NCBI RefSeq assembly: GCF_033898585.1
Contig: NZ_JAXAFO010000007.1
Span: 46,272 to 110,271 of the forward strand
Length of the DNA: 64,000 nucleotides
Direction: 5' to 3'
From: Gilvimarinus gilvus
GTDB lineage: Bacteria > Pseudomonadota > Gammaproteobacteria > Pseudomonadales > Cellvibrionaceae
The position numbers were made by a program, and so were the translations under genes. The notes beneath the pieces were generated by a model. It was given only the letters and a program-made list of their open reading frames with translations, did not search any database and had not been told where the DNA came from. Shown piece after piece: positions 1 through 8,656 of this stretch (position 1 is the first letter of the stretch; every line of letters begins with the position of its first letter).

Positions 1-6
1 GACGAA

Positions 7-771
7 GTGTTTTTTATCGCCGGTAAAAATGACATTCGCGCGGTAATCAGCGAATTACGACGCATGGAAACCGCCTACAAACGCATCATAATTGCCGGTG
101 GTGGCAACATCGGTATGCGCCTGGCCCGCAAATTGGAGAACCGCTATAGCGTTCGCGTCGTCGAGCACAACAAGGAGCGCGCCGCGCACTTGTCAGAACA
201 CCTGGAAAGAGCCATTGTCTTGCAGGGCAGCGCCTCTGATCAGGACTTACTGGCCGACGAGAACATCGAAGATACCGATGTATTTTTAGCCCTCACCAAT
301 GACGACGAAGCCAATATTATGTCCTCAATGCTGGCCAAACGATTGGGGGCTCGCAAGGTCATGGCACTGATCAACAACCCAGCCTACGTTGACCTGGTGC
401 AAGGTGGCGACATCGATATCGCCATATCGCCGCAAACAACCACCATCGGCAGCTTGCTCACTCATGTTCGCCGGGGCGATATGGTCAGTGTTTACTCGCT
501 GCGCCGCGGCGCAGCGGAAGCCATCGAACTTATTGCACACGGCGATAAAAACTCGTCCAAAGTGGTGGGGCGGGCGCTGGAGGATATCGACTTACCGCAA
601 GGCGCCAACATTGGCGCTATTGTGCGCGAGAACGGCTCAGGCAGTGAAGTGATTATTGCCCATGACGATGTCGTGGTAGAAAGCGGCGATCATGTGATTG
701 TGTTTTTGCTCAATAAAAAACATACCCGCGATATCGAAAAGCTGTTTCAGGTGGGGTTTACCTTTTTCTAA
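7..771 (+). CDS. trkA: Trk K+ uptake regulatory protein TrkA, C-terminal RCK_N/RCK_C half. 5' end truncated by the window edge.
   Basis: Rossmann motif [17 protein letters not shown] followed by an RCK_C-like tail. Immediately upstream of trkH. Confidence 0.85.
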   Translation: MFFIAGKNDIRAVISELRRMETAYKRIIIAGGGNIGMRLARKLENRYSVRVVEHNKERAAHLSEHLERAIVLQGSASDQDLLADENIEDTDVFLALTNDDEANIMSSMLAKRLGARKVMALINNPAYVDLVQGGDIDIAISPQTTTIGSLLTHVRRGDMVSVYSLRRGAAEAIELIAHGDKNSSKVVGRALEDIDLPQGANIGAIVRENGSGSEVIIAHDDVVVESGDHVIVFLLNKKHTRDIEKLFQVGFTFF

Positions 772-839
772 ACAGGTTTCTAAGATACTTTGATGATTAC
801 ACCTATGCCCACAGTTGAGAGCACCATTCCGGAGACGCT

Positions 840-2285
840 ATGCATTTTGCGGTAATCGCCCGCGTGCTCGGCGTACTCCTGATGATGTTCAGCCTAACGC
901 TGCTTATTCCCATCAGCGTCAGTCTCTGGTTTAACGACCACAATTACATGACCTTTCTTATGGCCTTCGCCGTCACATTTGGCTGTGGCCTCGCCATATG
1001 GGCACCGGTTTATAAAAGTCGCGCCGACCTGCGTACCCGCGACGGCTTCTTGATCACCGCGTTGTTTTGGTTTGTTCTGGGCTCCTTCGGCGCCGTGCCC
1101 TTGTTCTTTTCCAACGGTCTGGATTTATCTATTACCGATGCCATATTTGAATCTATCTCGGGCCTGACCACCACGGGTGCGACAGTCATCACCGGGCTCG
1201 ACACGCTGCCGCCCTCGATCCTGTTTTACCGTCAGCAGCTACAGTGGTTTGGCGGTATCGGTATTATTGTAATCGCCGTGGCCATCCTCCCAATGCTGGG
1301 CATCGGCGGCATGCAGTTATACCGTGCTGAGGCACCGGGCCCGGTAAAAGACAACAAGTTAACACCGCGCATTACCGAAACGGCGAAAGCACTGTTCACT
1401 ATGTACCTGGTGTTCACTGTTGCCTGCGCAGTCGCCTACCGCGTTGCAGGTATGAATTGGTTTGAGGCCATCAGCCACGCATTTTCCACCATTGCCAACG
1501 GCGGCTTTTCAACCCACGATGCCAGCATTCTGCACTATCAGTCTCCCGCCATTATGATGGTGTGTACGGTCTTTATGCTGATTGCCGGAATCAACTTCGC
1601 CCTGCACTTTTTTGTCTGGCGAGAAAAATCTCTACGCCATTACTTTGCCGACGCTGAACTCAAATTCTTTTTGTATTGGATAGTGGTTGGCACTGTGATT
1701 ACTGTCGCCTATCTCGCCGGTTCTAAATCATATACACCTTCAGAAAGTTTCTATCTGGGGACATTTAACTTTGTCTCCACCATGACCACCGCGGGTTTTG
1801 CCAGCAACTACTCCAGCTTTCCCAGCTTTTTGCCCTATATGCTATTTATATTTGCCTTTGTTGGCGGCTGTGCCGGCTCCACCGGCGGCGGCATGAAAGC
1901 AATGCGGGTGCTGCTACTTTACAAACAAGGCATCCGCGAAATTCACCGACTGATTCACCCCAACGCGGTTATTTCGGTCAAGATTGGCAAAATCACCGTA
2001 CCCGATCGCGTTATTGAAGCCGTTTGGGGTTTTTTCGCAATGTATGTAGTGGCCTTTGCCGCCATGTTTTTGGTGCTCATCGCCACTGGCCTCGATTTGC
2101 AAACGGCCTTCTCAGCAATTGGCGCCTGCATCACAAATTTGGGGCCCGGCATGGGCAAGGTAGCGTCTCATTACGGGGACATCAACAGTCCGGCAAAATG
2201 GGTACTGTGTTTTGCAATGCTGCTGGGCCGGCTAGAAGTGTTTACGCTGTTAGTATTGTTTAGCCCCGTGTTTTGGCGACGCTAA
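840..2285 (+). CDS. trkH: Trk system K+ uptake protein TrkH (membrane)
   Basis: 481 aa, polytopic. N-terminus MHFAVIARVLGVLL... is typical of TrkH. Follows trkA. Confidence 0.9.
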   Translation: MHFAVIARVLGVLLMMFSLTLLIPISVSLWFNDHNYMTFLMAFAVTFGCGLAIWAPVYKSRADLRTRDGFLITALFWFVLGSFGAVPLFFSNGLDLSITDAIFESISGLTTTGATVITGLDTLPPSILFYRQQLQWFGGIGIIVIAVAILPMLGIGGMQLYRAEAPGPVKDNKLTPRITETAKALFTMYLVFTVACAVAYRVAGMNWFEAISHAFSTIANGGFSTHDASILHYQSPAIMMVCTVFMLIAGINFALHFFVWREKSLRHYFADAELKFFLYWIVVGTVITVAYLAGSKSYTPSESFYLGTFNFVSTMTTAGFASNYSSFPSFLPYMLFIFAFVGGCAGSTGGGMKAMRVLLLYKQGIREIHRLIHPNAVISVKIGKITVPDRVIEAVWGFFAMYVVAFAAMFLVLIATGLDLQTAFSAIGACITNLGPGMGKVASHYGDINSPAKWVLCFAMLLGRLEVFTLLVLFSPVFWRR

Positions 2286-2329
2286 GTAGACACGAACTAT
2301 GTAAGTGACTTTATACAAGGGACATCTGT

Positions 2330-2683
2330 ATGGATTACCATAACAATATTCAGTACCTGGAAATTCCCTCCCAAGACTTAGATGCAACCAAGGCATTCTT
2401 TCAGGCGGCCTTTAACTGGATTTTTACCGACTATGGCTCCGAATACACCGCCTTTACCAGCGCCACTATCGAGGGCGGCTTTTTTAAAAGCTCGGCCGTT
2501 TCACGGACCGAACAGGGCGCTTGCCTAATTATTTTTTACAGTACAGATTTGGAAGAGACTGAACAATTGGTTGTGGGTGCCGGCGCAACTATTGTCCAAC
2601 CCACCTTTGAGTTTCCCGGGGGCCGCCGCTTTCACTTTTGCGAACCCGGCGGCAGTGAATTTGCCGTTTGGTCTGATACCTAA
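2330..2683 (+). CDS. VOC/glyoxalase-like small protein
   Basis: 117 aa. Short beta-alpha-beta-like pattern reminiscent of the glyoxalase/bleomycin-resistance fold. Assignment is weak. Confidence 0.5.
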   Translation: MDYHNNIQYLEIPSQDLDATKAFFQAAFNWIFTDYGSEYTAFTSATIEGGFFKSSAVSRTEQGACLIIFYSTDLEETEQLVVGAGATIVQPTFEFPGGRRFHFCEPGGSEFAVWSDT

Positions 2684-2694
2684 ATGCCCCCACA

Positions 2695-3419
2695 GTGAAA
2701 TATTCACTCGATATAGCAACAATCCACGGCCTGTTACTCTGCCTTTTTGTAACAGCAAGTGCTTGCAATAAACAAAATGACGAGCAGCATTTATCGCAAC
2801 AACTATCGGATCAAGATTTAGCAACCAGCGATTTGGGTAAGCTTTGGCAAGAGCGCGCACACAATGTACAAACCTTTGGTCGAGGTCGGGTGTTGCGAAT
2901 ATTGGCCGATGATAATAAAGGGGACCGTCACCAGCGATTCATCGTCGAACTACCGACACGCCAAACCCTACTGATTGCTCACAATATTGACCTGGCAGGC
3001 TGTTGGAAAACCCCAAGCGTACTCAGGCTTTCAGGCAGGCTCGTAATCTAGGCGGCCTTTTGAAGGTGTGTGTCCACCCATCGAAAAAGGGCAACGACGA
3101 GTGCGGGCCAGCCTGAAAGCCCCGGGGGCGTGGCCTGAAGCGCACATCTGCTGCGCCTTGCCTCTAGCAAAGGGAACCACCCTGTCCGTCGAGACAAGAC
3201 ACAACACCTGCACGCTTCAGGCTACGCTGAGCATGCATGGGGTTTTTCAACAGCCTGCTAGCACCTCGCATTAATAATCTGCGACGCGGCGATACGATTG
3301 AGTTTTATGGCATTTATGAATGGAACGACAAAGGTGGCGTTGTACACTGGACGCATCGCGATCCCGCAAGACGTCAGGAGCCTGGCTATCTTATGCATCA
3401 AGATAAAAAATACTGGTAG
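2695..3419 (+). pseudogene. DUF3465-family lipoprotein gene split by a MITE insertion
   Basis: The N-terminal ORF (2695-3051) carries a lipobox (LFVTASAC) and the motif GDRHQRFIVELPTRQTLLIAHNIDLA. The C-terminal ORF (3237-3419) resumes PRINNLRRGDTIEFYGIYEWNDKGGVVHWTHRDP. Family members have these two segments contiguous (…AHNIDLAPRI…). Confidence 0.6.
2998..3257. mobile_element. Non-autonomous MITE-like element (about 260 bp) with about 30-bp terminal inverted repeats
   Basis: Left end GGCTGTTGGAAAACCCCAAGCGTACTCAG. Reverse complement of the right end is GGCTGTTGAAAAACCCCATGCATGCTCAG (25 of 29 identical). There is an internal inverted repeat GCCTGAAGCG/CGCTTCAGGC. The flanks are near-identical hexamers CTGGCA/CTAGCA. 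The element sits exactly between the codons for ...DLA and PRI... of the host gene. Confidence 0.6.
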
Positions 3420-3440
3420 GGTTTTGCATAAAATTCGCAA

Positions 3441-4400
3441 TCAATCGAACTTGGCAAAGTTCTGCATTACATAAGCTACGCGTGCGTCCGCGTTTGCAAA
3501 CTTTTTCTCACTTAATTTTTCGACATGGCGCAAGCGCGGGAGCAAACCAAATCCATTGGCCACCTGAATCGCCAGACCGGGCCTTGCATTTAACTCAAGC
3601 AGTTCAGGGCCACGATTAGCATCCAATACTAAATCGGCGCCTATGTAACCCAACCCCGTCATATCGTAGCAGCGCGACGCCAGTGTCAGCATTCCTTGCC
3701 AACCGGGAATTTTGATTTCTTTAAGCGGTTGTTTGGTGTCGGGATGTTCAGATATTGGCATGCCGTACTGCACCGCATTTAAACATCGCCCGGTTGCCAA
3801 ATCTAAACCAACACCCACCGCCCCCTGGTGCAGATTAGCCTTTCCGTCTGAGGCGTGGGTGGCCAAACGCAACATAGCCATAACCGGAAAGCCTCGAAAA
3901 ACCACAATCCGAATATCTGGCACACCTTCAAACGAATAGCCTTCAAAACAGTCGTCTATTTCAATGAGATCCTCAACGATGACTTCATCGCTCACGCCCC
4001 CCAATGAGTAGAGGCCCGCTAACGTGTTACTCATATGCCGACGAATATCGTTCAGAGTAATTTCCGCGCCGGATGACTTTATAAAGTTGGCGTCCTGACG
4101 ATGGGTGATTACCCAGATCCCTTTGCCGCCTGAGCCTTTGGCCGGCTTGATGGCAAAACCTTTGAGGTCCCTGAGCTGTTGCTCAATATGAACTATTTCA
4201 TGCTGCTCCCGCACCACAAACCGTAGTTGCGGTGTGGCCACGTCATAATCTTGAGCCAGTAGCTTGGTTTCGAGTTTGTTATCAACGAGTGGATACAATT
4301 CGCGTCGATTGTAACGCCCTATAAAATCGCGATTGCGGCAATTCATCCCGAGCATGCCTAAATCGCGTAGTTTGAAAGGACTAATCAACATCGTTGGCAT
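3441..4400 (-). CDS. alpha-L-glutamate ligase-like ATP-grasp protein (RimK-related, TIGR02291-like)
   Basis: 319 aa. ATP-grasp motifs (…KPAKGSGGKGIWVI…, …LELNARPG…). Terminal gene of the conserved three-gene set. Confidence 0.75.
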   Translation of the reverse strand: MPTMLISPFKLRDLGMLGMNCRNRDFIGRYNRRELYPLVDNKLETKLLAQDYDVATPQLRFVVREQHEIVHIEQQLRDLKGFAIKPAKGSGGKGIWVITHRQDANFIKSSGAEITLNDIRRHMSNTLAGLYSLGGVSDEVIVEDLIEIDDCFEGYSFEGVPDIRIVVFRGFPVMAMLRLATHASDGKANLHQGAVGVGLDLATGRCLNAVQYGMPISEHPDTKQPLKEIKIPGWQGMLTLASRCYDMTGLGYIGADLVLDANRGPELLELNARPGLAIQVANGFGLLPRLRHVEKLSEKKFANADARVAYVMQNFAKFD

Positions 4401-5904
4401 TACTCATGGAGCGGAAACGATGGAGTTCAGACAGCTTATAACCGGTGTACTGGCCCATCATTAAAATCAATGCCAAGATCACGAGATTGAGTTCGGGGAA
4501 ATTAAAACTCAGGTGACTGATCACTTGTATGTTCATAAGCAAAAAGGCAAACACCGCAACCAACAGGCTGCCGCCGCCCTGAATCAACACTTCATGCGCG
4601 CCCTCTTCTTCCCAGAGAATACTCATCCGCTCGATGGTCCAGGCAATAATAATCATTGGGAAGAACGTAATCGTGATTCCCGTATTGAAACCAAGCTGGT
4701 AACCCACCAAACTTAATATGGATATCAAGAAAATGACCAACACGATAAGTGTGGCTATACGAGCCACCAGTAGCAGGTTGAGATAGGACAGGTAACTGCG
4801 CAACAATAAGCCCAGTCCGACAATGAGTACAAAACTAATGAGCCCGGGTACCAGTGACGTTTGTAAAAAGGCCAAAGAGATCAAAATCGGCATAAAAGTC
4901 CCTGCGGTTTTTAGGCCGATCATAACCCGCATAAATACCACCACCATTGCCCCCAGTGGCAACAAAAAGAGCATTTTAAACATGCTTTGTTCTTCAATAG
5001 GCAAGCTGTAAACGCCTAACATACTGAACAGGTTATCGGTAAACTGTACCTGCGAAAGCGCCATCGCCGGTACAGTTTGACGAATCATAGAGAAGGTTAG
5101 CCGCGAGTTTTGACCGCCGATAACATCCAGTTGTGAATTTTCTCCTCGCGACCAAAGTAACAAATTGTCAGGTAGGCCCTGCTCGCCGGTCATAGAATCA
5201 ATCAGCAACCAGCGCCCATCGGCATAGAGCTCCACCATAGGCTGCAGTACCTGGCGCCGGCGCGCATCTTCAAGTTTAAGCGCCATGACTTGGCGGGCGG
5301 GAACCTCCGCCTGATTGAGCAACTTAACCAACAACTCGGCTCGGCTCGACTCGTTTGCCAGCAGCAGCTCCGCATTTTGATCTGCGGCATTGGGGTTGAG
5401 TAATTTAATTAACTCGCGAGCGGTGCTCGCCGGGGTGCTTGAGCGTGCGAGAGCGCCTCGCAATAACTCGCGGGCTGCGGTGGACTGAGGTTCGCTCCAG
5501 TACACAGATTGAGTTTTGGGCAGGTTAGCGGACTCGGCGGTGTCAGCTTCTACTGGTTGATACTGCGCATTGTAATATAGTGTTTGTAAGCCATAGGCTT
5601 CGCGCTTTGTCCATTCGGCCCGACGATTTTTTTGATCATCGAGTACGGCAAACCCATAACCGGGACTTGCCGCCTGCTCGCGAATCAAACGAAACGCCGG
5701 CGCCTCATCTGGCAAATCTAGCGTTATGGTGGTGGCTCCGCCATCGGCAAAAAAATCAACTCTGGCCTCAATCAACCACACGGGTTTTTGTTCGCCGGGA
5801 ACGAGTGGAATTTCGGTGGTTGAATGTCGCAACCATGCCGTCGTCAATCCAGCACCAATAAGCGAGAGAACTAATAGGTAAAAAGGTATTTTGCCTCGAT
5901 TCAT
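4381..5904 (-). CDS. Inactive transglutaminase-like periplasmic domain fused to a 7TM membrane domain
   Basis: 507 aa. N-terminal signal/TM, a soluble domain, then a C-terminal multi-helix hydrophobic region. Overlaps both neighbouring genes by 4 and 20 nt. Confidence 0.7.
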   Translation of the reverse strand: MNRGKIPFYLLVLSLIGAGLTTAWLRHSTTEIPLVPGEQKPVWLIEARVDFFADGGATTITLDLPDEAPAFRLIREQAASPGYGFAVLDDQKNRRAEWTKREAYGLQTLYYNAQYQPVEADTAESANLPKTQSVYWSEPQSTAARELLRGALARSSTPASTARELIKLLNPNAADQNAELLLANESSRAELLVKLLNQAEVPARQVMALKLEDARRRQVLQPMVELYADGRWLLIDSMTGEQGLPDNLLLWSRGENSQLDVIGGQNSRLTFSMIRQTVPAMALSQVQFTDNLFSMLGVYSLPIEEQSMFKMLFLLPLGAMVVVFMRVMIGLKTAGTFMPILISLAFLQTSLVPGLISFVLIVGLGLLLRSYLSYLNLLLVARIATLIVLVIFLISILSLVGYQLGFNTGITITFFPMIIIAWTIERMSILWEEEGAHEVLIQGGGSLLVAVFAFLLMNIQVISHLSFNFPELNLVILALILMMGQYTGYKLSELHRFRSMSNANDVD

Positions 5905-6623
5905 TGAGCCTCATCCACGTTGGAAGCAATATGGTCGCGACTCACGTCCACCACCATGACATCGCGCAGGGCCATTCGGCCAATTCGAACCGGGTTGCGC
6001 GGCATCGCTGTTTGCGTCAGTGCAAACTCGGCACTCTGGGTAACGTTGCCCAACGTAAAGCGCAACTCAACCACGGGTTTTTTCTTATCGCGCTGGCCTG
6101 TAACAAGCGCCTGGCGCAACAGTTTTTTCTCCAGGCTCGTAGCGCTGTCAATCGCAAAGCCAACCCAGTCTTCACCATTGCGCTCAAAGAGCTGCACATC
6201 TGTCACGTAAAGGACCGACAAACTAACACCGGTATCGATCGTGGCCGGTAACGCCAATCCGAACTCCTCAAAACGTACCGTTTCGTTAGCACCCACCAAT
6301 TGCTTGGCGACTTCATCCACATCATCGGTGCCCCGCTGCGGTGTCTCGGGCATAACAGATACGCTGATACACTCTTGAGGTGTTGCACTTAGCTCAGCAA
6401 CCTCTGAGCGCGAATGTTCTAACTCCGTCAGCAAATCCGCCATACCCTGTTTGAGCTCCAGCTGTTGCTGCAACAGTAGCTGGTGCTGGTTGTCAGCGCT
6501 GATTGCGCAGGCGTGCAATTGCGATAGGTCCTCAGTTGCGACCAATTGATAGTGGGAGTTACTGCACGCTGTCAAAGTGGCGGTTATTAAGCCAAGCGTA
6601 AGAACACGCTTCGGTAAATTCAT
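5901..6623 (-). CDS. Retropepsin-like 'ATP-dependent zinc protease' family lipoprotein (PF05618-like)
   Basis: Lipobox LTACSNS. C-terminal motifs ATIDTGVSLSV…WVGF…VELRFTLG…RIGRMAL…VDVS. Confidence 0.6.
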   Translation of the reverse strand: MNLPKRVLTLGLITATLTACSNSHYQLVATEDLSQLHACAISADNQHQLLLQQQLELKQGMADLLTELEHSRSEVAELSATPQECISVSVMPETPQRGTDDVDEVAKQLVGANETVRFEEFGLALPATIDTGVSLSVLYVTDVQLFERNGEDWVGFAIDSATSLEKKLLRQALVTGQRDKKKPVVELRFTLGNVTQSAEFALTQTAMPRNPVRIGRMALRDVMVVDVSRDHIASNVDEAQ

Positions 6624-6640
6624 GCCTTTATACCTTAAAT

Positions 6641-7510
6641 TTAGTAGGGTTCGCCCTGTTTGCGCCCTTTAAATCGTTTGTACTCCCACTGATATTGCGC
6701 GGGCGCTTTTTCAATACTGCTCTGTACCGTTTTGTTTAGCGCCGTAGCGCCGACGATTAGGTCAGGCTCATTAATACCACCTTCGCACGGTGTAACCACA
6801 ACCTTAAATCCCCCCGCCACTCGCAGTGCATAGCACATCAGCACCTCACAATCGGTGCGACGCATCAGATTGTGTACCAGCGTCATTGTCATTGCGGGCT
6901 CGCCGAAAAATAGCGCCTCAACACCGCCATTACCTGAATCCGGCACCTGATCGGGCAGAATTCCGACCATTTCTCCAGCTTTTAAAGCCTTAATCAACAT
7001 TGCGACGCCACGGCGATTAGTCGGCGCTAATGCAACCTGGCTGCGCCGGCGCGCACTCGCAATATAGTCTTCCAGCGCATTGTCCTTGGGCGGCTGGTAC
7101 AACACAGTGATTTTGCCATGCAAGGTGAGGATGCAGGGAAGTAGCTCCCAATTACCCAAGTGGGGCGTCAGCATAATGATGCCTTTGCCCGCCTCGCGCG
7201 AGCGCCGAATATACTCGATGCCCTCATACTCGAGCGCATGTTGACGCAACCAGGACTCTTTACGCTGCCAAAGAACGGGGATTTCAGCGCCGGTACGCCC
7301 CGTTTCTATCAAACTCTTGCGCGCTAACTGATCTCGCTCCGGTTGCGGCATAGCCGGAAAGCAAAGGGCCAAATTCACTTTGGTGACACGGGCGGCTCTG
7401 GAGTTGGTTTTATACAGTAACCACCCCACACAAGCACCCAGGGCCCGAGCCATCCCCAAAGGTAGACGTCCCACACCTTTTAATAACCAGAGAACGAAAC
7501 GCTGCTTCAA
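6641..7510 (-). CDS. lpxL: LpxL/HtrB-family lipid A (Kdo2-lipid IVA) acyltransferase. Likely TTG start.
   Basis: HX4D-type acyltransferase region (…MLTPHLGNWELL…). No in-frame ATG upstream of the conserved N-terminal helix. There is a TTG at 7508-7510 preceded by GAGGTG. Confidence 0.7.
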   Translation of the reverse strand: MKQRFVLWLLKGVGRLPLGMARALGACVGWLLYKTNSRAARVTKVNLALCFPAMPQPERDQLARKSLIETGRTGAEIPVLWQRKESWLRQHALEYEGIEYIRRSREAGKGIIMLTPHLGNWELLPCILTLHGKITVLYQPPKDNALEDYIASARRRSQVALAPTNRRGVAMLIKALKAGEMVGILPDQVPDSGNGGVEALFFGEPAMTMTLVHNLMRRTDCEVLMCYALRVAGGFKVVVTPCEGGINEPDLIVGATALNKTVQSSIEKAPAQYQWEYKRFKGRKQGEPY

Positions 7511-7705
7511 GATACACCTCAACCTCAAAAAGAGGTGAAGCTTACCGGAATTTATCCGCCAGCGGAAAGAACACTGGCACACTTTGCAGTCAGTTTGTGC
7601 TCCTGCCATACCAATGCACCCGCTGTGACGCTATAATTCGCCCCTTTGAATTCCGCAGAGCCTCGAAATCACGGGGGCTGCAACACCAAAATCCGGAGAA
7701 ATCTT

Positions 7706-8653
7706 GTGTCCGAAAGACCCCAAGCCGACGTAAGCACCTTTCAGGGGCTAATTCTCGCCCTGCAAGAATACTGGGCTCGCCAGGGCTGTGTTGTATTGCA
7801 ACCGCTCGATATGGAGGTGGGTGCAGGCACATTCCACCCCGCCACCTTTCTGCGTGCTATCGGCCCGGAAACCTGGAACAGTGCTTATGTGCAACCCTGC
7901 CGTCGCCCAACCGACGGCCGTTACGGCGAAAACCCTAACCGGCTGCAGCACTATTACCAGTTTCAGGTGGCGTTGAAACCTTCACCGGACAATATTCAGG
8001 AACTCTACTTAGAATCCCTGCGCGAGCTTGGCATTGATACCAGCATTCACGACATTCGCTTCGTTGAAGACAACTGGGAATCGCCCACACTTGGGGCCTG
8101 GGGGCTCGGCTGGGAAGTTTGGCTAAACGGTATGGAAGTCACCCAATTTACTTACTTTCAGCAAGTCGGCGGCATTGAATGCTACCCGGTTACCGGTGAA
8201 ATTACCTACGGTCTGGAACGCATTGCCATGTACTTACAGGGCGTTGACTCAATTTTTGATTTGACCTGGACCATTAGCCCGGCCGGCGAAAAAGTCACCT
8301 ATGGCGATGTCTTTCACCAAAATGAGGTGGAAATGTCGACCTACAACTTTGAACAGGCCGATGTCGAATTCCTGTTCCAAACCTTTGATGTATGCGAGCG
8401 CGAAAGCCAGCGTTTAGTGGAAGCCGGACTGCCCCTGCCCGCCTACGAAATGGTCATGAAGGCTTCACACGCCTTTAACTTGCTCGATGCGCGTCACGCT
8501 ATTTCCGTTACCGAGCGTCAGCGCTTTATTTTGCGCGTGCGTACCTTGGCCCGAGCTGTGGCTCAAGCCTACTTTGATGCCCGCAAACAACTGGGCTTTC
8601 CTCTGGCGGAGGAAACATTACGCCAGGAAGTACTCGCCGCGGAGGAGAAATAA
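7706..8653 (+). CDS. glyQ: Glycine--tRNA ligase alpha subunit
   Basis: Near-canonical GlyQ sequence from [17 protein letters not shown] onward. GTG start at 7706 with a GGAGA Shine-Dalgarno 6 nt upstream. The ORF track's ATG at 7646 adds a non-conserved leader. Confidence 0.9.
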   Translation: MSERPQADVSTFQGLILALQEYWARQGCVVLQPLDMEVGAGTFHPATFLRAIGPETWNSAYVQPCRRPTDGRYGENPNRLQHYYQFQVALKPSPDNIQELYLESLRELGIDTSIHDIRFVEDNWESPTLGAWGLGWEVWLNGMEVTQFTYFQQVGGIECYPVTGEITYGLERIAMYLQGVDSIFDLTWTISPAGEKVTYGDVFHQNEVEMSTYNFEQADVEFLFQTFDVCERESQRLVEAGLPLPAYEMVMKASHAFNLLDARHAISVTERQRFILRVRTLARAVAQAYFDARKQLGFPLAEETLRQEVLAAEEK

Positions 8654-8656
8654 GCC

